The notes beneath the pieces were generated by a model. It was not told where the DNA came from, made no database searches, and was given only the letters and a program-made list of their open reading frames with translations. A stretch of DNA of 64,000 nt. Origin: Actinomycetes bacterium (GTDB lineage: Bacteria; Actinomycetota; Thermoleophilia; RBG-16-64-13). The stretch lies in contig JAGXFW010000025.1 of NCBI GenBank assembly GCA_024637035.1, positions 11,626-75,625 of the forward strand, in the 5' to 3' direction. The translations under genes and the position numbers were made by a program. Shown in pieces: positions 47,194 through 57,400 of the stretch; within the stretch, counting starts at the first letter, position 1, and every line of letters starts with the position of its first letter.

Positions 47194-48876
47194 TTGGCCA
47201 ACCCCTCCCGAAGAAGATTGATAGCTGTCATGGTTGGCGTAGGCCTGGGTATGCTCCTCGCGGCCCTCGATCAGACCATCGTCTCGACCGCGATGCCCAA
47301 AGTCGTCGCCCACTTGGGCGGCTTCGAGCTCTACTCCTGGGTCTTCACCGCCTACATGCTCACCTCTACCGTCACCGTGCCCATCTACGGCAAGCTGTCC
47401 GACCTGTACGGGCGCAAGGTCTTCTTCATGTTCGGCATGGTGGTCTTCATGGTGGGTTCCGTGCTCAGCGGCGGCGCGGCCACCATGACGCAGCTCATCA
47501 TCTTCCGTGGGATACAGGGCATCGGCGCCGGTGCCCTGATGCCGGTGGCTCTCGCCGTGATCGGCGACCTCTTCCCGCCCGGGCAACGCGGCAAGGTGCA
47601 AGGACTCATGGGCACCGTCTTCGGGATATCGAGCGTGGTGGGGCCCACCCTCGGCGGCTACATCACCGACAACCTGAACTGGCGCTGGGTCTTCTACGTC
47701 AACATCCCCGTGGGGATAGCCGCGCTGGTCGTGGTGGCCTTCACTATGCCGCGCGGCAGCGCAGGCCGTCAGGGCCGTTCCATCGACTACCTCGGCGCGG
47801 CGGCCCTGGTGGCGTCCATGGTCCCGCTGCTGCTGGGTCTGTCTCAAGCCGGTGGGGACCATCCCTGGCTCTCGTCCTACATCCTCGGCCTGTTCGCCTT
47901 TTCCGCGGTCATGCTGGCGCTGTTCGTGCTCATCGAGTCACGGGTCGAAGAGCCGATCCTGCCTCTTGGCCTCTTCCGCAACAGGATCTTCAGCGTCTCG
48001 GTCGTCGCCGTGTTCTTCACGGCGGCCGGCATGTTCGGCACGATCATGTACATACCCCTGTTCGTGCAGGGGGTCATAGGGACCTCAGCCACGAGCTCAG
48101 GCTACATCCTCACCCCGATGATGATGTCGATGATCGGTTCGTCCATGATCGGCGGGCAGCTCATCAGCCGCTGGGGACGGTATCGGGTGATCGCCCTTGT
48201 CGGCCTGGGCATCATGGCCCTGGGCATGGGCCTCCTCGCGTCCATGGGCACGAGCACCACGGGCAGGACGGCCGTCTACTACATGGTGGTGACCGGTCTA
48301 GGCCTCGGAGTCACGATGCCCCTGTACGTGATCGCCGTTCAGAACGCGTTCGACCATTCCCGCATGGGAGTTGTCACCAGTGCGGTAGCCTTCTTTCGGA
48401 ACATCGGGGGGACGGTGGGCGTCGCGGTCATGGGCAGCCTGATGGCTTCGAGCTTCCAGAACCGCGTGGCAGATTCCATGCCTCAAGCCCTGAGCAACGC
48501 CCTATCGCCCGAAGCGCTCGCCACTGTCAGCAACCCCCAGGCCCTGCTGAACCCGGAGGCCCAGGCAGCCATCGCCGCCCAGTTCCCCGCCGGGCAAGAG
48601 GGCCTGTTCGCGCAGCTGCTCGACACCCTGCGCACGTCGCTGGCCGGATCGATCTCGTTGGTGTTCATGATCGGGGTGGGCGTCGTGGTGCTCGCGTGGC
48701 TGATCAACCTGTTCCTCGAAGAGATCCCGCTGCGGAAGACGCACGACTTCCCGGGTGCCGCCGAGGCCGGTCCGACTTCCCCCGACGACACCTCGCAGCG
48801 AGCAGCGCCGGTGGCTGGCGCGCTCGCGCCGCAGTCCCCCACGGCCCTCGAACCGGCGGATCAAGGGGCCGACTAG
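47194..48876 (+). CDS. MFS efflux pump, DHA2 (EmrB/QacA) family
   Basis: LDQTIVSTAMP, GKLSDLYGRK and WRWVFYVNIPVG motifs; 14 TM. Confidence 0.93.
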   Translation: MANPSRRRLIAVMVGVGLGMLLAALDQTIVSTAMPKVVAHLGGFELYSWVFTAYMLTSTVTVPIYGKLSDLYGRKVFFMFGMVVFMVGSVLSGGAATMTQLIIFRGIQGIGAGALMPVALAVIGDLFPPGQRGKVQGLMGTVFGISSVVGPTLGGYITDNLNWRWVFYVNIPVGIAALVVVAFTMPRGSAGRQGRSIDYLGAAALVASMVPLLLGLSQAGGDHPWLSSYILGLFAFSAVMLALFVLIESRVEEPILPLGLFRNRIFSVSVVAVFFTAAGMFGTIMYIPLFVQGVIGTSATSSGYILTPMMMSMIGSSMIGGQLISRWGRYRVIALVGLGIMALGMGLLASMGTSTTGRTAVYYMVVTGLGLGVTMPLYVIAVQNAFDHSRMGVVTSAVAFFRNIGGTVGVAVMGSLMASSFQNRVADSMPQALSNALSPEALATVSNPQALLNPEAQAAIAAQFPAGQEGLFAQLLDTLRTSLAGSISLVFMIGVGVVVLAWLINLFLEEIPLRKTHDFPGAAEAGPTSPDDTSQRAAPVAGALAPQSPTALEPADQGAD

Positions 48877-48996
48877 GGCGCCAACCCTCGGCGTCCAGCG
48901 CCCCTACGGGCGGCCGGTCAGCCCGAGCGCGGCGGCGTGCCGCCATCCTTCGTGGTGTGCCTCGAGGCTGGGACCGGGACCGGAGCCGCGCCCACG

Positions 48997-50064
48997 TCAG
49001 CGGTCGGGCGAGCCGAGTGCCTCCAGGTTCACCGGATGCGGCACCCTCGCTCCAGACAGGGCGGCGATCGCGTTCCGCGCGGCCAACTCGGCCATCCGCC
49101 CGCGAGCCGCGTGTGTCGCACTGCCGAGATGGGGGAGCAGCACCACGTTCTCGAGGCCCGCGAGGCCGGGGTGGACCGCGGGCTCATCCTCGTACACATC
49201 GAGGCCCGCGGCGCCCAAGGGACCGCCCCGAAGCGCCTCGACCAGCGCTTCTTCATGCACCACCGGACCACGTGCCGTGTTCACCAGCACGGCTCCCGGC
49301 CTGACCAAGGCCAGCTCTCGCGCCCCGAGCAGGTGATGAGTCCCCTCCGTGAGGGGCACATGCACGCTGATGATGTCGGCCTGGACCAGGAGACTGTCGA
49401 GATCGGAGCAGTAGCGCCACTCAGCCCCGGCCGGTGTTTCCGTCGCCTCGAGTGGACCGGAACGCCGCGTGTAGACCACCGGCATAGAGAAGCCCACAGC
49501 CCTACGCGCAACGGCACGCCCGATCTGGCCCATCCCAACGATGCCCAGCGTGGCGCCGGCCACATCGACGCCCAGCAACATGGTCGGCGCCCACCCGTGG
49601 AACGCGCCCGAACGCACCATGCGGTCGCCCTCCGGCACTCGGCGCGCGGCGGCAAGGATCAGAGCCCAGGCGAGGTCGGCCGTGGCTTCGGTCAAGACCC
49701 CCGGTGTGTTGGTCACCAGGACGCCGCGCGCCGTGGCCGCGGCGACGTCGATGTTGTCGTAGCCCACAGCGAAGTTGGACACGACCCGCAGTGAAGGTCC
49801 CGCCGCATCAAGGACGGCGTCGTCGATGCGCTCGCGCAGCGTGCAGAGCACCGCGGCCACTCCCCGCACCCCTTCCAGAAGTTCGACAGGGGTAAGATCG
49901 CGATCCTCCTCCCCGCCGCGCAGGGTGAGGCTGTCGCGGAGCAGGGTGGGCCCGGGCTCGGGGATCCGTCGCGTGAGGAACAGCAGCGGCTTCCCTCCGC
50001 TGGCCGTGGTCCTGTCGCGGCCGAGTGCTTCACCAGTGGCATCGTCGCCAACACCCATGCCCAC
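48997..50064 (-). CDS. D-isomer-specific 2-hydroxyacid dehydrogenase (glyoxylate/hydroxypyruvate reductase)
   Basis: AVGYDNID, GIVGMGQIG, NTARG, DVYEDEP and PHLGSAT motifs. Confidence 0.92.
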   Translation of the reverse strand: MGMGVGDDATGEALGRDRTTASGGKPLLFLTRRIPEPGPTLLRDSLTLRGGEEDRDLTPVELLEGVRGVAAVLCTLRERIDDAVLDAAGPSLRVVSNFAVGYDNIDVAAATARGVLVTNTPGVLTEATADLAWALILAAARRVPEGDRMVRSGAFHGWAPTMLLGVDVAGATLGIVGMGQIGRAVARRAVGFSMPVVYTRRSGPLEATETPAGAEWRYCSDLDSLLVQADIISVHVPLTEGTHHLLGARELALVRPGAVLVNTARGPVVHEEALVEALRGGPLGAAGLDVYEDEPAVHPGLAGLENVVLLPHLGSATHAARGRMAELAARNAIAALSGARVPHPVNLEALGSPDR

Positions 50065-50297
50065 CTGCTCCTTCGATCGTCGGTGTCCGCGTCGCGGGCT
50101 TGGCGGCCGCCGAGCGGCCCATCACGTCGCCACGCGTGTCGCGGCGAACCGTCAGCCGCGCGCGGCCGGTAGCTCGAGTCTACGGAAAGTCTATCGCCTC
50201 GGCCCTGTCAGTCGAGACCGGCGCCACCTACAATGGCTATGGGGAATCGACCGAGGGGGGGAATGTCCTGAACGACGGTCCAGCCGCGGCACACCCG

Positions 50298-51578
50298 GTG
50301 CCTCGCACCGCCTGGTATCGCGACAGGCGGGTCTTGGCATGGGCCATGTTCGACTTCGCCAACACCCCCTACGTGGTGATCGTCGCTACCGTCGGCTTCT
50401 CCACATACTTCAAAGACGTCGTGGTGCACGGCGCCCGCTCGGGTGACTTCCTCTGGGGTCTGGCCGGATCTGCCTCCATGATCTTCGTGGCCCTCACCGC
50501 CCCGTACCTGGGTGCCTACGCCGACGCGGCCGCGGCCAAGCGCCGCCTCCTCTTCATCTACACGCTTGTGGTCGTGCTGGCGACGGCGCTCCTCGGCACG
50601 GTGAAGGAAGGCATGGTCGTCTGGGCCATGCTGCTGTATGTCTTGGCCAACATCGGGTTCCAGGGCGGGCAAGCCTTCTACAACGCCTTCCTCCCCGAGG
50701 TGGCCCGCGATGAAGACCTGGGGGCGGTCTCTGGACTCGGCTCCGCCGCCGGGTACGTGGGCGCCCTCCTCTCTCTCTTCGCGGCGCTGCCGTTCTTCTG
50801 GAACGGATTCGAGGAGACGAATCTCGGCAACGTGCGCGGTATGTTCGTGGCTGTCGCCGTGGTCTTCGCCGTGTTCAGCATCCCCACGTTCGTACTACTG
50901 CGTGACGCACCGCGTCCACGAACGGCACTCGCGAACTCGGGATTCGTGGCGAGTCTGCGCACCCTGAAGGAGGACCTCACCAATCTGCGCAAGAACCGGG
51001 CGCCCTTCCTCTTCCTGGTCTCCTATCTTCTCTACATGGACGCGATCACCACGATGACGGCCTTCGTGGGGATCTACGCCCGTCAGACTCTCGGACTCAG
51101 TCTCCCGCAGATATTCAGCCTGCTCATCATCTCCCAGATCACGGCGATCCCCGGCTCGGTGGTGCTGGGCCGGGTAGCCGATCGCTACGGTGCGAAACCC
51201 ACGATCACGTGGCTTCTCATGCTATGGATAGTCATGTTGATACTGGGCGTCGTCGCCACCGGCTACTCGATGCTCGTCTTCATGGTGCTCCTGGCAGGGG
51301 TGGCCACCGGTGGGCTCTTCTCGGTGAGCCGCAGCATGATGGCGCTTCTCTCGCCCAAAGACCGCGAAGGCGAGTTCTTCGGTTTCTACGCGGTGGCGGG
51401 GCGCATCTCGGCGATAATCGGGCCGGTGGTGTTCGGGGCGGTGTCGTCGATCTCGGGGAACCAGCGGCTGGCGCTGGGCTCGTTGCTCATCATCATGGTC
51501 GCCGGATTGCTCGTGCTGCGGCGAGTGCCTATGGATGCTGCGGCTGCGGACCGGGCCGCGAGCGGGACCGCGCCATGA
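50298..51578 (+). CDS. MFS transporter, UMF1/ATG22-like family (start uncertain)
   Basis: AWAMFDFAN, FYNAFLPEVA and SRSMMALLSP..EGEFFGFY motifs. Confidence 0.85.
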   Translation: MPRTAWYRDRRVLAWAMFDFANTPYVVIVATVGFSTYFKDVVVHGARSGDFLWGLAGSASMIFVALTAPYLGAYADAAAAKRRLLFIYTLVVVLATALLGTVKEGMVVWAMLLYVLANIGFQGGQAFYNAFLPEVARDEDLGAVSGLGSAAGYVGALLSLFAALPFFWNGFEETNLGNVRGMFVAVAVVFAVFSIPTFVLLRDAPRPRTALANSGFVASLRTLKEDLTNLRKNRAPFLFLVSYLLYMDAITTMTAFVGIYARQTLGLSLPQIFSLLIISQITAIPGSVVLGRVADRYGAKPTITWLLMLWIVMLILGVVATGYSMLVFMVLLAGVATGGLFSVSRSMMALLSPKDREGEFFGFYAVAGRISAIIGPVVFGAVSSISGNQRLALGSLLIIMVAGLLVLRRVPMDAAAADRAASGTAP

Positions 51579-52555
51579 GCGACTTCGCCTCACAGCCGCC
51601 GCCCGAACCTCCCGCACCGCCCGATCCACCGCTGGCGCCGCCACCCGGCCGCGTGCGCGTAGGCACCTGCTCCTGGACGGACAAGACCATGCTCGCGTCC
51701 TGGTACCCGAAGGGCGTCACCTCGGCCGAAGAGCGCCTGCGCTACTACGCGGAACGCTTCGACACGGTAGAGGTGGACTCCAGCTACTACGGCCTGCCCT
51801 CCGAGCGCAACTCGGAGCTGTGGGCGGAGCGCACTCCGCCGGGCTTCACCTTCCACATCAAGGCCTTCGCCATGCTCACGCGGCACGCCGTGCGCCCGAA
51901 CCAACTGCCGGTGCCGCTCCGCTCCGCCTACGATCTCGAGGTGGACAAGTACGGCCGGGTGATCCACCCCCCCGATGAGTTGCGAGAGACGGTGTTCGAG
52001 TGGTTCTCGGCGGCGCTCACTCCGCTGCGCGAAGCGGGCAAGCTGGGCCTCATCCTGTTGCAGTTCCCGCCCTACTTCGTGGCCGACCTGCGTAACCGCG
52101 AGTACATCCTCCGGGCGGCCGAGTTGCTGGCGCCCGACCCCGTGGCCGTGGAGTTCCGCCACGCGAGCTGGGTGTCGAGCGACGAACTCCCCCGCACTCT
52201 CGCCCTCCTCGGCGACAACGACCTCGCCTACGTGTGCGTGGACGAACCCCGGCTCGACTCGCCCACCGTCCTACCGCCCCTCGCCGCAGTGACGGCGCCC
52301 GCCGCCTACGTGCGTTTCCATGGGAGGAACTCCGCAACCTGGAACGCCCGGGTGGAGACCGCGGCCGAGCGCTTCCGCTACCTGTACGCGGAGGATGAGT
52401 TGCGGGAGTGGGTGGAGCCCATCACGACGATGGCGAGCGAGGCCGACACCACCTACGTCATGTTCAACAACTGCTACAGCGACTACGCCCCCCGCAACGC
52501 CTCGCAGCTCTCCGGCCTTCTGAACCTGGGCCCGGCTACGCCCGGCGTAGAATGA
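51575..52555 (+). CDS. DUF72 family protein
   Basis: VGTCSW, YAERFDTVEVDSSYY, LQFPP, AVEFRH, YVRFHGRN and MFNN motifs; ATGA overlap. Confidence 0.9.
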   Translation: MSDFASQPPPEPPAPPDPPLAPPPGRVRVGTCSWTDKTMLASWYPKGVTSAEERLRYYAERFDTVEVDSSYYGLPSERNSELWAERTPPGFTFHIKAFAMLTRHAVRPNQLPVPLRSAYDLEVDKYGRVIHPPDELRETVFEWFSAALTPLREAGKLGLILLQFPPYFVADLRNREYILRAAELLAPDPVAVEFRHASWVSSDELPRTLALLGDNDLAYVCVDEPRLDSPTVLPPLAAVTAPAAYVRFHGRNSATWNARVETAAERFRYLYAEDELREWVEPITTMASEADTTYVMFNNCYSDYAPRNASQLSGLLNLGPATPGVE

Positions 52556-52557
52556 GA

Positions 52558-52588
52558 CGGGGCCCCGGCCTGATCGGCCGGGGCCCCG
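52558..52588. terminator. 13-bp GC stem-loop between convergent DUF72 and trpB2 genes
   Basis: CGGGGCCCCGGCC-TGATC-GGCCGGGGCCCCG. Confidence 0.7.
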
Positions 52589-52651
52589 CATCGCACTTCA
52601 GGTCCACGAGCGGCGCCGCCCTGGCGGCGGCGACGGTCGCGTCTCTTCGAG

Positions 52652-54007
52652 CTATCCTACCTTCGGCAGGCGAGCCTGAGCTTCGAGCACCTTCTCTTCC
52701 GGATACGCGTAGTCCTGAAGGTTGCCCGAGAGGTAGTTGTCGTAGGCGGCCATATCGAAGTGGCCGTGACCGCTCAGGTTGAACAGGATGGTCTTGGCTT
52801 CGCCGGACTGCTTGCACTGCTCGGCGGCGTTGACCACACTGGCGAGAGCGTGCGAGCTCTCGGGGGCCGGGATGATGCCCTCGGTGCGAGCGAACTGCAC
52901 GGCGGCCTTGAAGCAGGCGTTCTGCGTGTAGGCCTCAGCTTCGATCAAGCCGAGATCGAGAGCATGGGACACCATCGGAGCCATACCGTGGTAGCGCAGG
53001 CCACCGGCGTGGATGCCGGCCGGCACGAAGTCGTGACCCAGAGTGTGCATCTTGAGCAGCGGCGTCAACATGCCGACGTCGCCGAAGTCGTAGGCGTAGA
53101 TGCCCTTGGTGAGGCTCGGACAGGCCGCGGGCTCGACCGCGATGATGCGGGTCTCTTTGCCCTCACGGATCTTCTTGCCGATGAACGGGAAGCTGATGCC
53201 GGCGAAGTTGGAGCCACCGCCCGCGCACCCGATGACGATGTCGGGGTATACGCCGGCGTCGGCACACTGCTCCATGGCTTCCTGACCTATGACGGTCTGG
53301 TGGTGCATCACGTGGTTGAGCACGCTACCAAGAGAGTAGTGGGTGTCGTCGTTCGTGGCGGCCACTTCGACGGCCTCGCTGATGGCCATACCGAGGGAGC
53401 CGGTGGAGTCGGGATCGTTGGCCAGGAAGGCGCGGCCGGCGTTGGTGGTGTCCGACGGGCTCGGGATCACTTCCGCGCCCCAGGTATGGATCATGCTGCG
53501 CCGGTACGGCTTCTGCTGGTAGGAGATCTTCACCATGTAGACCAAGAGCTCCATGCCGAACATCTGGCAGGCCATAGAGAGCGCGGAGCCCCACTGGCCG
53601 GCGCCGGTCTCGGTGGTCAGCTTGGTGATGCCTTCCTGCTTGTTGTAGTACGCCTGCGGCACCGAAGTATTGGGCTTGTGCGAACCGGCCGGGCTGACGC
53701 CTTCATACTTGAAGAAGATCTTCGCCGGGGTGTCGAGTGCCTTCTCCCAGTGGGGCGCCCGGTACAGCGGCGTGGGCCTCCACAGCTTGTAGATGTCCTG
53801 CACTTCTTCCGGGATCTCGATGTAGGGCTCCGGGGTCATCTCCTGCATGATCAACGCCATCGGGAAGAGAGGCGCTAGATCGTCAGGTCCAGCCGGCTGC
53901 AGCGTGCCTGGATGCAACGGCGGCGGCAATGGGGCCGGGAAATCCGAGTTCAGGTTGTACCAGGACGTCGGCATACGGTCTTCCGACAAGAAGTACTTCG
54001 TCGCCAT
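52652..54007 (-). CDS. trpB2: TrpB2-type tryptophan synthase beta subunit
   Basis: [34 protein letters not shown] and NLSGHG; no trpA nearby. Confidence 0.93.
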   Translation of the reverse strand: MATKYFLSEDRMPTSWYNLNSDFPAPLPPPLHPGTLQPAGPDDLAPLFPMALIMQEMTPEPYIEIPEEVQDIYKLWRPTPLYRAPHWEKALDTPAKIFFKYEGVSPAGSHKPNTSVPQAYYNKQEGITKLTTETGAGQWGSALSMACQMFGMELLVYMVKISYQQKPYRRSMIHTWGAEVIPSPSDTTNAGRAFLANDPDSTGSLGMAISEAVEVAATNDDTHYSLGSVLNHVMHHQTVIGQEAMEQCADAGVYPDIVIGCAGGGSNFAGISFPFIGKKIREGKETRIIAVEPAACPSLTKGIYAYDFGDVGMLTPLLKMHTLGHDFVPAGIHAGGLRYHGMAPMVSHALDLGLIEAEAYTQNACFKAAVQFARTEGIIPAPESSHALASVVNAAEQCKQSGEAKTILFNLSGHGHFDMAAYDNYLSGNLQDYAYPEEKVLEAQARLPKVG

Positions 54008-54456
54008 TATTCCCCCCTTGGAATAGATCGTGGCGCGGTAGGACTTTCAAACTAGACCACCGGACGGTGCACGTCAATACCGGACGTCCAGTCAGTACTG
54101 TACGTCGTACAGCGGGGTAGATTGGCTTTTGCAGGCAAAATCCTTCACAAGCCGGGTTCGACGGTGCGCGAAATGACTCGTCGCGATGGGCTTATTGACC
54201 GCCGGGCCGGTATCTCGGGTGCGCCCGGGCGGGCGTGTGCTGGCGCGTCGTCGACCGGTCGCCCGAACGGTCCGTCCTTGAATGTCCGCGGAGGGTGCAG
54301 TCGGAGTTGACCCGAGACAAGGTTCTAGACACAGCGCCCGGCAGCCGTATACGATGCGCCTCAAAGCTGAAACTTGGCAAGCAGACCGAACAGTCAGCCA
54401 GCAGTTCGGTGCCTGAGCCGCAGGTTCCAGCCCACACGCAGACACCGGGAGGGGCA

Positions 54457-57400
54457 ATGAGGCAGAGGGGTCTCGGCAGGTGTGTCTCCGTCGCTGTGTT
54501 GCTCGTAGCGCTTGGCGCTCTTACCCTCTTCCTCGGTGGTCCAATGACACCGGCTCTGGGTGTGTCTCCATCCATTTCCACAGAGCCGGGCGTGGTACGC
54601 GAACTCGTTGAAAAGCGTACGGCCAACTCTCAGACCTTCCTGCTTTCCGACGGGCGGCTGCGCGCGGTCGTCAGCAGCGGCTTCGTCAACTACCGCGACG
54701 AGAGTGGCGCCTGGCGGCAGATAGACACACGTCTGGTGGCTGGCACGAGGTCCGGCGACTACGTATCCGCCGCGACCCCGATCGAGGTCACCGCAGCTTC
54801 AGACTCGCCGGCTCGTGTCTCTCTCGCCTATCAGGACTCCACCATCACCCTCGGTCCGAAGAACGCCCGTCCCGCACAGTTCAGCGTGCGGGATTCCGTT
54901 GCCACCTATCGCGGCATCGCGACGGACGCCGACCTCACCTACCAGGTCCTCGGCGACGGCGTGAAGGAGACCATCGTCCTGCGCTCTCCCAAGGCGGCGA
55001 ACACCTACACCTTCACCATCTCCCACCCGGGCCTGCTCCTGATGCAGGATGAGACGACCGGGCAGTGGGGGCTCCGCACCGCCATGGAGCACGACCCGCT
55101 CTTCGTCCTCGGTGGCTTGAACGTCGCCGACTCCTCAGTGAACGAAGCCGGCGATCCCGCCTACTCTGATGAGGCCGAGATGCGGGTGGAGCCGGGCACC
55201 GAGGAGAGCACCGTCACCTACACCGTCCCGCGCTCCTGGCTCGACGACAAGGAGCGCGTCTACCCGGTCCTCATCGACCCCACGGTCACCGCTGTCGCCT
55301 CCACGGGGGACACATTCGTATCGAGCGCCTCCCCCAACACCAACTACGGGTCCGATGACGACATGCACGTCGGGTATTACGACTCGACCACGGGTGACTG
55401 TCGTGGCCTCGTTCGGTTCGACCTCCCTGCCGACCTCCTCACCGGCGGCTACGTGCAGAGCGCCGATCTCTACCTGCGCCAGAACTGGCAGTCGGTGCTC
55501 GCCCCGAGCGTGGCCCGTGTGGGAGCCATCGACCGGGCCTGGAGCGAATCGAGCACCTACAACTCCCTCGGTGGCCACTACATCATCGAGGCCAAGGAGG
55601 TCGCCACCGTCGCGGCCCGGGCCCAGGACCTGCATTTCGACTTCACCCAGATGGTGCAACGGTGGGCCACCGGCAAGTACGTGAACCACGGGTTCGTGAT
55701 CTACCAGGAGTGGACCGAAGGGCAGACCTACTGGCGGAAGATCCTCAGCAAGGAGCACCCGACCTCGAGTTACAGACCCAAGCTCACCATCACCTACACC
55801 GCGCCACTCGACGTGACCGCTTCCCCGTTCAACGCGAAAGGAGACGGCACGACCGATGACACCGCGGCCATACAGGGCGCCATCAACGCCGCCGACCCGA
55901 ACGGCGGAGTCGTCTACTTTCCGAGCGGCACGTACAAGGTGGGCGGCTTGAACCTCGCCAAGAGCAACGTCGTACTCCGTGGTCTGGGCACCGCGAGCGT
56001 GCTCGTGCCCGCGTCCGCGGCGCAAGGTCATCTTATCCAGGTCGGTGGGGCGACCGCCGTCACGAACGTGCTCGTCGAGAACCTCAACCTGCGCCTCCCC
56101 CCGTCGGGCGGCGGGGTGAGTGTGGCGGGCGCGGGCGGAGGCAGCAACGTGCGCATCCGTAACAACACCTTCTCCGGAGGCAACGACTCGGCGACCACTC
56201 ACGCCCTTGGTGTGGCCGCGAACTTCACCTCAGTCGAGGTCACCGACAATGACTTGGCGCTGGTCACTTCGGTGCCGCTCGACATCGAAGGGGACTCCGG
56301 GTCTGAGCGCATCGTGGCCCGGAACACGATGCCAACCGCCCCCTACCAGGCCGACCTCATGTGGGGCATCGACCGCTACCAGACGGCCATCCGCCTCTCT
56401 CAAGCCGCCTTCCCCACCTGGGCAGAAGGAGTGGTGCTGGTCTCTGGTGAGAACTACCCAGACGCGCTCTCCGCAGGTCCCCTAGCAGCGGCCTACGACG
56501 GGCCCACCCTGCTCACGCAAGCGGCTTCACTCAATGTGGGCACCAAAGCGGAGTTGCAGCGCTTGAACCCAAGTCGGGTCTTCGTCGTCGGTCTCGGCAC
56601 CTCAATATCGGACGCGGTCACACACGCCCTGCCCTCAGCCCAGGTCACTCGGCTCGCGGGCCCCAGTCGGTACGACACAGCCGCCTTGGTGGCCGCAGAG
56701 GTCAAGACCAAGCGCTCCCTCGACGGCCTCAGCGTCACCAAGGTGGTCATCGTCCCCGGTGACGGCTACCCCGATGGACTCACCTCTGGACCCATGGCGG
56801 CCAAGAACGGCTGGCCCATCCTCCTCACCCCGAAAGCCGGGCCCATACCCGCGGCCACGCAGACCGCCTATCAGACTACCCTCGGCGTGAACCAGGCCGT
56901 CGTGGTGGGCGTGAACGCCGGCGTGGCTATCCCCGGCATCGAAAGTCACCGCATCAACGGTGCCGACGTCTTTGCGACCTCCAGTCTCGTGGCTCAGTAT
57001 GCCGTGCAGAACGGCTCCTCCTATGCCCACACCGCGCTTGCCACCGGCCTCAACTTCCCTGATGCTCTGGCCGCAGGCTCCTACCTCGGCGCCGACGGAG
57101 GCGTACTGCTCCTCACCAACGGGACCTCGATCGCTCCGGACTCGGTGGCGCTCCTCGAGGCGAACTACGCCGCCCTTGATACCCTCGACTACATCGCCCT
57201 CCCCTCGCTCTGGGAGGCCGATGAGAACTGCGGCGCTTGGCTGCCCGAGGCGCCGCAGCACACCTCGGTGGGCCTCGGTGCCTTCGCGCGACACGAAATG
57301 GGTGTCAGACTCGACCAAGGAACCCTGCAGGTGGCGGTCACTGACCTCGCCATCGACTCCTTCGGCCCCTCAGCCACGCTCACCCGGGTCTACTCCTCGT

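Noticed and set aside
54060-54456. Possible c-di-GMP or c-di-AMP riboswitch in the long leader of the RHS gene
   Set aside because: Only fragments (GGCAAA, CAAAGC, CAGCCAG) without the required order and pairing; needs an Rfam scan.
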